From IMG/VR virus record IMGVR_UViG_3300025669_001165, positions 1 through 53,965 of that record: a stretch of DNA of 53,965 nucleotides, one strand, 5' to 3'. Made by a program: the position numbers and the translations under genes. The notes beneath the pieces are model-generated. The model saw only the letters and a list, made by a program, of their open reading frames with translations, was not told where the DNA came from and ran no database searches. Position 1 is the stretch's first letter. Each line of letters starts with the position of its first letter. Positions 1 through 9,635 of this stretch are shown piece after piece. The DNA comes from a virus (Duplodnaviria > Caudoviricetes).

Positions 1-220
1 CTGTCGACACATCCCACTCTGCCTCGTTCGCAGGTGCTCCTATTGCTCGATGAGTATCCATTTCCCGCATCTCTTCTCTCGAAAAGATGTAGTACTTGTC
101 ACTTTCTTTAACGACCTTTACAACGGGAAGTAGCATCTCAGCAACGAACGCGAGGTTACGATACTTAATCGCAAGATTGGTGAGTGGCGTGCTTACATGA
201 ACGTTTGCTCTTTTAGGCAT
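1..220 (-). CDS. Major capsid protein, N-terminal part (runs off the window start)
   Basis: Not in the ORF track. ATG at 220 with a GGAGGTG RBS translates to MPKRANVHVSTPLTNLAIKYRNLAFVAEMLLPVVKVVKESDKYYIF..., a typical MCP N-terminus. It follows the protease and decoration genes. Confidence 0.85.
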   Translation of the reverse strand, partial: MPKRANVHVSTPLTNLAIKYRNLAFVAEMLLPVVKVVKESDKYYIFSREEMREMDTHRAIGAPANEAEWDVST

Positions 221-236
221 GGCCTAACACCTCCCT

Positions 237-644
237 TTAGATTTTTTCCTCACGGATGTTTACATAGGCGGTAACTATATCACCACTAGCTGTAGGTGCT
301 TCTTCATAATGGCCAACAACGCCATCTCCAGAAGTCCAAGCCGTAGGTGTAGATACCTGACCGGTCGCATCATGAATGTGCAACATGTCACCGATAGAAC
401 CTGCAATCGCTGCGCGAACGTAGCTCTTACCTATCTGCATAACATTTACAACATCACCTGATGCTGCTGCGTCATCCTGAACGATACCGGCTATGAGATT
501 GTCACCACTGGCGGCGGCATTAGTAACATGCCCTTCCTGACCAGCTGCGCCACTCCCACTGTAAACAACAACCGAGTACTGAGTTAAAGCCTCATCAGCA
601 ATAAAAGAGTCTGCAAGTACTGGTCTATAACCTCTACTTGACAT
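237..644 (-). CDS. Capsid decoration/cement protein (DUF2190-like)
   Basis: 135 aa, Ala/Gly/Val-rich beta-type protein between the protease and MCP genes. Contains 4 SGD motifs. Confidence 0.7.
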   Translation of the reverse strand: MSSRGYRPVLADSFIADEALTQYSVVVYSGSGAAGQEGHVTNAAASGDNLIAGIVQDDAAASGDVVNVMQIGKSYVRAAIAGSIGDMLHIHDATGQVSTPTAWTSGDGVVGHYEEAPTASGDIVTAYVNIREEKI

Positions 645-729
645 ATAACCCTCCTTTATTTACTAACATTAGACTACATTTAATTAATAACACTACTAAC
701 CGCTTTCCTTTTGTAAAGCACTAACATTA

Positions 730-2277
730 TTAGTCCTCATCGGAAAGTCCCTGCTCCTTGTCCTCTTCTTTGAACGCGGCGCTAACATGTACCAATGCAT
801 CTGTATAAGATACATCCTCATGCTCTTTCATATATTTCTGAACTTCCACTTCTAACTCACCATCAGTAAGTTTGTAAGTGTCGTCCCCTACCTTAACCTC
901 ATCTTTCAATTCACCCTCTCCCTCTTTACCATTAGGAGAAGCTTCCTTAAAGTCAACGAGTTTAGGAAGTTTACTGAGTAGATTCTGGAACGCTTCAAAC
1001 TGAGATAACTCAGTCTCAATACTCTTCCCATCATCGCCTTTCTTCGTAAACGTGCCCAACTTATCCTCTTCATTTAGCTGCAAGAGAATAGCTTTTGCCT
1101 CTGCTTCGAACGCTGGTAGAACTTTACCAGATGTCTTCAGGTCTTTGAGAAAACTCTCAACCTTACTTTCTTTAGCCTGAGCGTGAAGTTTTACGTTCTC
1201 TTTCTCGGCTTCATCAAGTGAAGTTTTCATCTTCTCATAGTCTGTCTTCATCGTCTTAAGACCATCCAACTCTTTCTTGTAAGTATCCAGGTCTCCCTGA
1301 ATCTTAGCCTTAGTTGTCTCGTCCTGTTCCTTAGCGAACTTCGCTTCTGCATCAGACTGCTTCTGCGCTATACCTTCTATAGCACTTGACAGAGTAGCCA
1401 GTTTTTCAACTATGTCTTTGATTTCCATACTTTCACCTCCTTCTTTGGATTTGTCTTTTCCAACCATCTTTGTCCCGCATTTAGGGCAACTCACTTCAGA
1501 ACAAGGAGTTCCTTTATCATGTTCCTTTTGAAAACTACAACTAGGACAAACACAAACGCTAGAACCCCCATCACCTTGAGAAGGTCCCCCTTGTCCTTTA
1601 CCATCCCCTCTTGCGAAAGAATTTTCAAACTTCATATCCTCTTCACCCTCTAGCGCATAAGTTATTCCTACTAATTCCTTGGTATCCAACAAGTTATCTT
1701 CCTTTGATAACTTAATGGGTTCCATACCTGCAACAGCGGGAATTTCATGCCCTAAGAGAGACACCGCAATGATTACGTCTTTGTATACCGTATCATCTAC
1801 CTTGAAGCCGAGACGCAGTTCAATACTTCTTTCAGCAAATCTCTTATCTCGTATCCACTCTGCTACCTTACTAGGAACGAAATCGACATCTGCAAAGAGT
1901 CTTAAACTACCTCTCGTCTCTCTTGCTTCTATATTAACGATATCACCAAAGGATGCTAATCCTGCTAAAGACTCTTGGTCAGTTCTATGAGTTATCTTTA
2001 GCTTCGGAACAACTTGTTCCTTTAGTGCTTTGAAGTTACTCGCCATTCTCTTTATATCTTCTTCCGTGAACTTACGACCATTCCAGGTACCCACTCGAAA
2101 GATTTCCATTCCCCGAATGTTTACTAATGGCCCATCAAGGAAAGACGCGAGATTGAAATCCTTAACTGCTTTCGTAGCAGCTTCCGGAGATTCGCTATTA
2201 GCTACCTCTACCCAACGTTTCTTTTCTACTGGTGATAGTTTCTTAACGAACTTCTCTACATCGGCAATCTTCCACAT
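730..2277 (-). CDS. Prohead protease/scaffold protein (Mu gpI-like) with a Cys-rich insert
   Basis: EIFRVGTW, KITH, ERSIE and VSLLGHEIPAV protease motifs, then a coiled-coil scaffold C-terminus ending VSYTDALVHV. Lies upstream of the decoration and MCP genes. Confidence 0.8.
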   Translation of the reverse strand: MWKIADVEKFVKKLSPVEKKRWVEVANSESPEAATKAVKDFNLASFLDGPLVNIRGMEIFRVGTWNGRKFTEEDIKRMASNFKALKEQVVPKLKITHRTDQESLAGLASFGDIVNIEARETRGSLRLFADVDFVPSKVAEWIRDKRFAERSIELRLGFKVDDTVYKDVIIAVSLLGHEIPAVAGMEPIKLSKEDNLLDTKELVGITYALEGEEDMKFENSFARGDGKGQGGPSQGDGGSSVCVCPSCSFQKEHDKGTPCSEVSCPKCGTKMVGKDKSKEGGESMEIKDIVEKLATLSSAIEGIAQKQSDAEAKFAKEQDETTKAKIQGDLDTYKKELDGLKTMKTDYEKMKTSLDEAEKENVKLHAQAKESKVESFLKDLKTSGKVLPAFEAEAKAILLQLNEEDKLGTFTKKGDDGKSIETELSQFEAFQNLLSKLPKLVDFKEASPNGKEGEGELKDEVKVGDDTYKLTDGELEVEVQKYMKEHEDVSYTDALVHVSAAFKEEDKEQGLSDED

Positions 2278-2286
2278 GTGTACCTC

Positions 2287-3069
2287 CTATTCTGGTTTTT
2301 CTTTCTTTTCTGGTTTTTCTTTCTTTTCCGGTGTTGGTTCATCATCTACAACAAACTCTACTAGATGTGCAACATCATATGCACTTAAGGTACATTTCTC
2401 AAGTGCTGACTGAGGAATCAGTTCTACTGTCAGTTCTATCTCTTCCTCTGTAAACTCTTTCCACATTGCTCCAAACTCTCCTACCTTCTCTTTAGGAATC
2501 TTGAAAGAACCGTTCTCCCCTTCTTCCCCGTGTTTCTTAATCATCTCGTTTCTCGTATTCTCGATATGCTTCATCTCTGCTGTTATCTTTGCTGCCAACT
2601 TAGATAACCGATACGATAACTTGGACGGTAACTCTTTCGCTAGAACCTTATCTAACGCTTCCTTCTTCTCTAGTAACGCTGCAATCTTTATCTTCATACC
2701 TCTTCCTCCTTGCCCCTTTGGGGTCCGTTTGTGTACTTCCTTTTTACTTGGGTATCCATAATGACCGACTTCATATCCGCCATAAGCCTCTACAGGCCAG
2801 CCGGGATTGTTCATCCAAATCGTATCCTTCCCGACTAACCACTCTTTCTTCTCGTCATAATACTTTACCCACATATGTTTGCTAGGCTCGTGATGGTTGT
2901 TGCCCCACCAGCCATGACCGTAGCGGATAGACAGACCCTTGTTCTGGTATCGTTCTCCCCAGAGCAGGGCGTTGTCAACACAAAGACCATTAGCTTCCTT
3001 AAGCTTGCCTCCCGTAAGAAGCAAGCCTATAAGGATTAAGGTTATGAGTATGATGTATCGTTTCTTCAT
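2287..3069 (-). CDS. Membrane-anchored transglutaminase-like domain in frame with a DUF1617-like protein (internal start at 2697)
   Basis: MKKRYIILITLILIGLLL signal/TM segment, GLCVDNA and HMWV Cys/His motifs. An AGGAGG RBS precedes MKIKIAALL at 2697. Confidence 0.5.
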   Translation of the reverse strand: MKKRYIILITLILIGLLLTGGKLKEANGLCVDNALLWGERYQNKGLSIRYGHGWWGNNHHEPSKHMWVKYYDEKKEWLVGKDTIWMNNPGWPVEAYGGYEVGHYGYPSKKEVHKRTPKGQGGRGMKIKIAALLEKKEALDKVLAKELPSKLSYRLSKLAAKITAEMKHIENTRNEMIKKHGEEGENGSFKIPKEKVGEFGAMWKEFTEEEIELTVELIPQSALEKCTLSAYDVAHLVEFVVDDEPTPEKKEKPEKKEKPE

Positions 3070-3082
3070 TATACTCCGATGT

Positions 3083-5266
3083 TTACATGTTGTAGTAGCC
3101 ACGGGTCTTGGAATATAACTGCCAGACCTGTGCCGCACTCAGTTCTTCTGCCGTTACGAATAGTCTGCCTAGGTCACCTTGGAAATATGCCGTAGAAGTT
3201 TGTTGTTTTCCTATCATTGGAGTTGCAGCAAGATTTTCCATAGCCACATAAGAAGCATCGTTTGTAGCAGTTGATGCTACTGCGACTCCATCTACATAAA
3301 ATGTTATTCCATCGGCAGCTGTTGCTCCACCCGTAGAATCATAAACCATTACTATATGATGCCACCCCTCAGATAAAGCAGCATCCGAAAGACAACTTGG
3401 GTTTTTACTAACACTCTGGTCGTATAATCCTATCCATAACTTTTCATCAGCACCTATGTGAAATAAATATTCTAAGTTACTTGAGTTCCACTTTCCAAGG
3501 ATAGTCTGATTAGTAGCCCCTGCTACAACCTCTACCCATGCACCTATGCTAAACGGATTAGTACCACTATCATCAAAGCTCATGTCGTCTGTATCTGGTG
3601 TAGTTAAATACCCGCCAGCTGTTGCGTTTGGACTATATACATAAGCATTACCTTGAGTAGTCTTACTAGGTGCGTTAGTAGAAGCATAAGTCCATACCCT
3701 ACCAGCACCATTCTCTAATCCTAGTTCAGTCTGTGCCGCTGCCATAGTTGCGTTAGTAAACCCTACAATGGCTACTGGTGCTGTAAGTATGCCTAGAAGG
3801 TCACCTGCTTCGGAATGTGTATTATCAGTAGCATTAAGAGCTGTTGATTTACCCCCAACTATCGAGGCTGTACCGTCACTTATCGTGCCACTAGACATTG
3901 AAGCTGTGCCGTCTGAGAAAGCATCACTAACCACCGTCCCACCATAAGTAATAGTACCACTTGTAGTGTTGTTTACTAGGGTTGTGTCGTAGAGGGTGAC
4001 TACTCCAGATGTTGCTTGCAATACATCATAAGTTGCACCACTCAATACAGTATTATATGTGTTCACTATACAATGTACTGCACCTATACATAACAATGAA
4101 TCTCTTGTTGCCTCTATATTGCTGTTGTATATATTAGTAGTAAAATCTGTGTTGGCAGCAACCCTGCGTATATCTATACCGTCAGAACTTCCAGTACCAG
4201 CATTTTCTATAACAACGTTGCTTATAGTGCCACCAGCGTCATAGAGCGTCATGCCTATAATAGTTGCACCAGTAGCTCCTGTTATCTTAACATTGTCAAC
4301 TATAAGTCCTGAGAGTGGTGTTCCTGCACCAGTAGATACTATACCAATATCAGAAGCTCCAGTCATAGCTATCGTAAGGTTAGCTATACGGACATCATCA
4401 ACTGTTATATCAAACACATTCTTACTAGCAGTAGCACAGGCTATAGTAGTATGACCAATACCCTGACCAACAACATTAATAGATTGAGCTATATCTATAT
4501 CATCAGAGATAACATAGGTATCCGTACCAGCACCAGATGTGTTATCTCCACCCGCAAGAACAACAGTATCACCAGCTGTTGCTGCAGTAATGTAACTTTC
4601 TATAAGTAAGTGGTCATCTGTCCCACTTCCAGCAGGAACATACCATACGTTACCCGTAGTCCAGTTTATTGCTCCAACGGGAGAGAAAACTAAGTTAGTG
4701 GGTGATACTAATACTATGTCTCCTGTATCAGCAGTTATACTAAAGTCTCCTTGGTCATCCGCACTTAAGGCTAGCTCTACTTGAGGGTCTCCTGTATAGG
4801 CACCCTTTATCATACGAAACACATTACAATTACTTGATGCTGAACCCATCTGAAGAACCTGAGCACCATTTACATATACTCCTGCTCCAGAATCGAAGTT
4901 TACTATACCATTAGTTTCTCCGGGTCTTAAATACATATCTCCATTAGCACCATACGCAAGAAAACCTGCTACACTTCCTGCTTGCCATCCCACATTAGAA
5001 TCTGCTGGAGCATTAAATTGAATGGCTCCTAATGCTGTTACTGTAATAGCATCTTCAAACAGTATTCTACTTGAGTCTGAAGCCTTCCCAATAATCTCTC
5101 CATCTGATAATAGTATGTCTCCACTTGCACCTCTTACGAATGTATTCAAACCACTCATAAGGATGTCCTTTGCTGCCCAACTACTACTCTGGTCAGCTAT
5201 CAATAACTTATCCACCGGTAATGGAGTTATTATTGTCTCGGTTGGAAAGTTTATAGTTGTAGCCAC
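3083..5266 (-). CDS. Fibre/spike-like virion protein with a pectin-lyase-like beta-helix and a C-terminal LamG/ConA domain
   Basis: AATAGDTVVLAGG and INVVGQGIGHTTI beta-helix start. FSIGAWV, WHHIVMVYD, FYVDGV and FQGDLG...LSAAQVWQLY are LamG signatures. Confidence 0.75.
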   Translation of the reverse strand: MATTINFPTETIITPLPVDKLLIADQSSSWAAKDILMSGLNTFVRGASGDILLSDGEIIGKASDSSRILFEDAITVTALGAIQFNAPADSNVGWQAGSVAGFLAYGANGDMYLRPGETNGIVNFDSGAGVYVNGAQVLQMGSASSNCNVFRMIKGAYTGDPQVELALSADDQGDFSITADTGDIVLVSPTNLVFSPVGAINWTTGNVWYVPAGSGTDDHLLIESYITAATAGDTVVLAGGDNTSGAGTDTYVISDDIDIAQSINVVGQGIGHTTIACATASKNVFDITVDDVRIANLTIAMTGASDIGIVSTGAGTPLSGLIVDNVKITGATGATIIGMTLYDAGGTISNVVIENAGTGSSDGIDIRRVAANTDFTTNIYNSNIEATRDSLLCIGAVHCIVNTYNTVLSGATYDVLQATSGVVTLYDTTLVNNTTSGTITYGGTVVSDAFSDGTASMSSGTISDGTASIVGGKSTALNATDNTHSEAGDLLGILTAPVAIVGFTNATMAAAQTELGLENGAGRVWTYASTNAPSKTTQGNAYVYSPNATAGGYLTTPDTDDMSFDDSGTNPFSIGAWVEVVAGATNQTILGKWNSSNLEYLFHIGADEKLWIGLYDQSVSKNPSCLSDAALSEGWHHIVMVYDSTGGATAADGITFYVDGVAVASTATNDASYVAMENLAATPMIGKQQTSTAYFQGDLGRLFVTAEELSAAQVWQLYSKTRGYYNM

Positions 5267-5278
5267 TCTAACACCTCC

Positions 5279-5551
5279 TTAAGTCTTCCAAAAATGCATT
5301 GCAACTGCTGTTAGTATTGCTGTTAATATAATCCCCATTAGAAACCATTGTTTGTTAACTGCTCCTACTATGGTTTCGACTTTACCTTTTAATCCTGGAG
5401 TTCCATTTCCAAATATTACCTTATGTACCATATCCTTAAACTCTATCATAGTATCCATCTTAGTATCGATGCTCTCCATCTTTACCTTTATTGCATTCAC
5501 TTCAGTAAATGTCCTGTCCATTACTTCATCATGTTTTGCACATTTATCCAT
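5279..5551 (-). CDS. Small coiled-coil protein with a C-terminal TM helix (XhlA/holin-like)
   Basis: Coiled coil, IFGNGTPGLK, then the hydrophobic WFLMGIILTAILTAVAM. Confidence 0.5.
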   Translation of the reverse strand: MDKCAKHDEVMDRTFTEVNAIKVKMESIDTKMDTMIEFKDMVHKVIFGNGTPGLKGKVETIVGAVNKQWFLMGIILTAILTAVAMHFWKT

Positions 5552-5643
5552 TTACTTCTCCTTATCTTACTTCCACCTTAGCTCCGGCACCAACTCTCAA
5601 GTACAATAAACCAGATAAATCATCATTAATAGTAAGTGTCATC

Positions 5644-8394
5644 TTATCCCCAATACCCTGTTAGTACTGTTTGTCTTATCCATTCTTCTTTACCTGGTTC
5701 GAATATGAATAGAACTCCATACTGCGTAACCCTGAACTTCGTTTTACAACTAAGACACAAGAATGTTCTAGTCCCTAATGTGTCAGATAGTTCTATGATG
5801 TCTGTATCACCGCATTGTGCAATAGGACATCTCACTATAGGGTTCATATCCTGGTCATCAATAGGTTCTGTCCTTTGTGCATATGTTGTTATCTTGTTTA
5901 ACCAATCTAATCCAAAGCCTGTTGCTCTTCCTAACTTAGTACTCTCTTTAGCAAAGTCACTTACTTCAACTCCACCCTTCTCTTCTATCTCTGGTTTAGA
6001 TACTGCTGTGACTGAAGACCTACAACTGAAGTGAGCCGGAGGTGGTTCTATCTCGCCTGTCTTGAATATCTTAGCATCCATCCCTTCACAATAGGGACTT
6101 GTACGATTATCCAATACAGAAGTCCACATTAGGTATGGGACAAACTCTTTAACGTCGGGTGATTGAAACATTCTCATTCTACCTTCATTCAATGCTTCAT
6201 TTACATTCGTTCTTACTATAGTCTCTAATCTTGCAGCGTTGAGTAACTTACCGTTCTTTATCTCCCCCTCTGCAATGTACTTCTGAAACAACGTATGAAG
6301 ACTCTTCTGTGTATCCTTTAACAATCCATCTCTTATACCTTTCTCAATAATCAGTTTAGACTGACCTAGTACATACTCACTCTCTATACCAGATATGGTA
6401 AATGCTCTCTTATCATAGTAGTTCATCTCTATACTCTTAGCCAAAGGTATATTCTTCTTTGCTTTACCTTGAGGGTTATACGTTACTATCACTTTCCTGT
6501 TAAAGAAGTCTAATGCCTCTGACGGCGGGATTGGGTCCCATGGTTCGACTGCAAAGTCTACCTTTGAGAGTAATCCGAACTTACGTTTGATGGTTGCTGG
6601 GTAACCTACTGATATGATTTCTTCCATTGCATGTAGCTTCGAATCCAAGAATGTCTTTACTAGTACATCACGCAACTCCGTCTTGAACTCACCTACGTAC
6701 CTTAACTGAAGTTTGTTTACTCCATTGATGTCTTTCTCCCGTACTAACTTATCTGCTTTCTTCATGATGTCATCTCTCCACTTGATACATATGGGAGTTA
6801 ATGCATCTCTCAAAGCACTCTCTAAGAATAGCATCTCTTCTAAGAGTTCATCGTAGTCTGTTTTCTCTTCAAAGGAAGTCAACTCTCTACTAAGTGCCAT
6901 CTTCTTAGGTTCCGCTTCTTCCTCATTAGGTATCTTTCTTCCTGGCTTACCTCCTGGGAGTTTACCTTTACCCTTCTTCTTAGGAAGTTCTTTAGGTTCA
7001 TCTCCTGTCTTACCATCTGCTCCAATAGGTTTACCTGTTATTGGGTCAAACCCTTTATGTGGTAGTATTGGGTCTGGTGCTTTATCAACTTCACCTATTG
7101 CATTCTGATGTGGATACTTCTCTAAGTCTCTTTCTGGTAAGTTCATATATTCTCTTACCCATTCTTCTCTCTTATCTATCAATCCACCATCTGCAAGTAT
7201 CTTTACTACTTTACTTCTTGCATCTGATTGGTCATCCTCTAAACTCTCAAACTTGAACTTCGGTAACAAGTCAATGTCTACCTCTCCAAAGTTCATTGCT
7301 ATAAGAGGTCTTATGATTTGTTCTCCTACTACCATCTCTTCTAAGTCTCTACCCATCATCTCAAGTACAAACATGAATACATCGAAGTGCTTCTTACCTA
7401 ATGCATAACTCCCTACCTCTTGCTGGTCTTGAAACCCTAACAGATTAGGTACTAATACTGCTCTTGCTATCATCCCGTCAAATCTGTTTATGGCTTCTCC
7501 ATATGAGACCTTTCCATTTCTTGTTGCTTCTAACAACTCAAATGTGATGTTATCCGGCGTTCTAAAGCCAGATTTGGCTTGCAGGTTCTTCAGTATGCTG
7601 TCTATTTCATCAATGGCCGTCTTATTCAATCCTTTACCCTTTGCAGGATACTTAGCCATTACTGTAGGCATTCCAAACCTCTCATTGAAGATGTTCCACC
7701 ATTTGATGTTTAACTTCTTACTCCACCAAGCAGCATAGGCGGCCCTTAAGTCAGATGTACCATAAGGATTACCATGTTCACTATTGTACGAGTATATAAC
7801 AAACTTCTCTGGGGGAAATGGATTCTCAGATGACCCGAGGGCTTTACTATCTAATGTTGCTCCCATGTTCTCAAAGACAACTCCTATTACGTTGTTATGA
7901 TTATCACACTTGAAGTCATAACCATATGGTTGTCTACTACCTAACTTCATAAGACCTATCTTACCTTTGTGCTCTCCTTCTTCGTATATACCAAATACCT
8001 TTTCAGATAGAGAATATCCAAACTCTACTGCAGTCAGCAGATTCAACAAGTCATTCTCAAACGTACCTTTCATCTTCTTGAATACATACTCAACAAAGTC
8101 TGCCATCTTTACGCTTTGGTCATTAGTCTCATCACCAGGATGTATTGCCCAACCTGTACTAAGTCTAGCAAACTTCTTAATCGTAAGAGATGCTTTGACT
8201 TGGTCATCAGTCTTCATATCCTGATATATCCTAAGTCCTTTCTTCCCTACTAGACTATCTGGGTTATACTTCTTAAGCATAAATGAAGAGTTCACATTGT
8301 CTTCACTGCTACTAATCTCTTTCCTTAGCTGTCCATCTGTAGCAGGAATCCTCTTAGTAGCAAAAAGGTTCTTAATTGTGTTTACGATTTCCAT
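5644..8394 (-). CDS. Portal protein (DUF935) fused to a MuF/SPP1 gp7-like head morphogenesis domain and a C-terminal Zn ribbon
   Basis: Portal motifs GNPYGTSDL, WNIFNERFGMP and GSYALGKKH. MuF motifs RLETIVRTN, LDNRTSPYC and PPAHFSCRS. C-terminal CPIAQC...CLSC. Confidence 0.85.
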   Translation of the reverse strand: MEIVNTIKNLFATKRIPATDGQLRKEISSSEDNVNSSFMLKKYNPDSLVGKKGLRIYQDMKTDDQVKASLTIKKFARLSTGWAIHPGDETNDQSVKMADFVEYVFKKMKGTFENDLLNLLTAVEFGYSLSEKVFGIYEEGEHKGKIGLMKLGSRQPYGYDFKCDNHNNVIGVVFENMGATLDSKALGSSENPFPPEKFVIYSYNSEHGNPYGTSDLRAAYAAWWSKKLNIKWWNIFNERFGMPTVMAKYPAKGKGLNKTAIDEIDSILKNLQAKSGFRTPDNITFELLEATRNGKVSYGEAINRFDGMIARAVLVPNLLGFQDQQEVGSYALGKKHFDVFMFVLEMMGRDLEEMVVGEQIIRPLIAMNFGEVDIDLLPKFKFESLEDDQSDARSKVVKILADGGLIDKREEWVREYMNLPERDLEKYPHQNAIGEVDKAPDPILPHKGFDPITGKPIGADGKTGDEPKELPKKKGKGKLPGGKPGRKIPNEEEAEPKKMALSRELTSFEEKTDYDELLEEMLFLESALRDALTPICIKWRDDIMKKADKLVREKDINGVNKLQLRYVGEFKTELRDVLVKTFLDSKLHAMEEIISVGYPATIKRKFGLLSKVDFAVEPWDPIPPSEALDFFNRKVIVTYNPQGKAKKNIPLAKSIEMNYYDKRAFTISGIESEYVLGQSKLIIEKGIRDGLLKDTQKSLHTLFQKYIAEGEIKNGKLLNAARLETIVRTNVNEALNEGRMRMFQSPDVKEFVPYLMWTSVLDNRTSPYCEGMDAKIFKTGEIEPPPAHFSCRSSVTAVSKPEIEEKGGVEVSDFAKESTKLGRATGFGLDWLNKITTYAQRTEPIDDQDMNPIVRCPIAQCGDTDIIELSDTLGTRTFLCLSCKTKFRVTQYGVLFIFEPGKEEWIRQTVLTGYWG

Positions 8395-8612
8395 AGTTTC
8401 TCCAAGTCCTCTACAGTTTTGAATTCATTGGTTACATTAGTATGTGGCTTATGTTTAATCCCTGAAAGCTTTTCTTTTCTTCTTAAGTCCGCCTGTAGAT
8501 GCTTATACACTAGTCTACCCACCGTAAGGATATCACCAATACTATAAGCATGGAACAACTCTCTCCATCTTCTTTCTGGCATCCTTATAAGTAGTAAAGC
8601 AACATCCACCAT
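8382..8612 (-). CDS. Hypothetical protein
   Basis: 76-aa ORF overlapping the portal start within a co-oriented operon. Confidence 0.5.
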   Translation of the reverse strand: MVDVALLLIRMPERRWRELFHAYSIGDILTVGRLVYKHLQADLRRKEKLSGIKHKPHTNVTNEFKTVEDLEKLWKS

Positions 8613-8624
8613 TATATTATTCCT

Positions 8625-9038
8625 TTATATAGTACGTTCCCTAACAAATGTAGTCTTATGACATCTTCCACAAGGCGGTAATCTATCACTCTTATCATCT
8701 AGGAACAAATCTTCATTACACTCTATACATACGTATGCTCCCTTGCCTGGCTTCTTACCTGTCTTGTATAACTTCTTTCTTCCTATCATCTCTTTGGTAA
8801 ACTTAACTACGGGTCTACCTAGTTCTACTTTTCCGCTATCTTCTTTACCAGCATCCATATAAACCCCACCATCAATAATAAGAATATCATCTTTAGAACC
8901 TCTTGTATGTGTAGTGGTACTTGCATCGCCCTTCTCCTTTATATCAGTAAACATACTATCTAATATGTTACCGCACTTTAGACATCGGCAATCCTTTAAC
9001 TTACAAACTGATAAACATTGGTTACATATCTGTCTCAT
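8625..9038 (-). CDS. Zinc-ribbon protein (C-terminal DUF1451/YjzC-like domain)
   Basis: YKTGKKPGKGAYVCIEC...RLPPCGRC, plus N-terminal CxxC pairs. Confidence 0.6.
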   Translation of the reverse strand: MRQICNQCLSVCKLKDCRCLKCGNILDSMFTDIKEKGDASTTTHTRGSKDDILIIDGGVYMDAGKEDSGKVELGRPVVKFTKEMIGRKKLYKTGKKPGKGAYVCIECNEDLFLDDKSDRLPPCGRCHKTTFVRERTI

Positions 9039-9232
9039 CTCTTACCCCCTCTGGTCTTATCAAAGTTAATCATAGAAGTAAGAGTATGACTGTTTACCTC
9101 TAACTCTCTTACTACTGTTTGTCCTTGTTGTATAATCCCATCTGGATTGGCTCTTAACATTGTTTCTAACTCCTTCGGATGTAACTTATTATCTCTATCA
9201 TGTGCTATAACAAACACTTGACTTATCTTCAT
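9035..9232 (-). CDS. Hypothetical protein
   Basis: GGAGGG RBS; translationally coupled to the next ORF. Confidence 0.55.
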   Translation of the reverse strand: MKISQVFVIAHDRDNKLHPKELETMLRANPDGIIQQGQTVVRELEVNSHTLTSMINFDKTRGGKR

Positions 9233-9239
9233 ATCCCTC

Positions 9240-9635
9240 CTATTGATTAGAGGGGCTACTCCATATTATCTTGACTGGCCATGTACGTTTCATCTTATAC
9301 GTCTTACTATCCATCCCAGGGTCGACTATGAAGTTTCCCCTCATCCGAATTCTGACGTGTCTCCCATTTACCCACTTTCCTTCTTTTAGTACCTTAACTG
9401 TTCCTCTCTCATAAACGTAATCCCCTTTGGCTAACAAGGTACCTTTTTCATCAATGAGTTCACAGTCATTAATCAATCCATCTTCTTTCATCTTAGTCAC
9501 CACTATGTCTACCCTTACATCACAATCCCAACTCTCAGGATGGTTCGGTCCATCTAACCATAATGCATGCGACAGTGATTGATACTTCTTAGCAATATCT
9601 CTTAACCTTTTCTTCTCTTTAGATAGACAACACAT
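9240..9635 (-). CDS. Hypothetical protein
   Basis: 131-aa ORF coupled by a TAATG stop/start overlap. Confidence 0.55.
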   Translation of the reverse strand: MCCLSKEKKRLRDIAKKYQSLSHALWLDGPNHPESWDCDVRVDIVVTKMKEDGLINDCELIDEKGTLLAKGDYVYERGTVKVLKEGKWVNGRHVRIRMRGNFIVDPGMDSKTYKMKRTWPVKIIWSSPSNQ

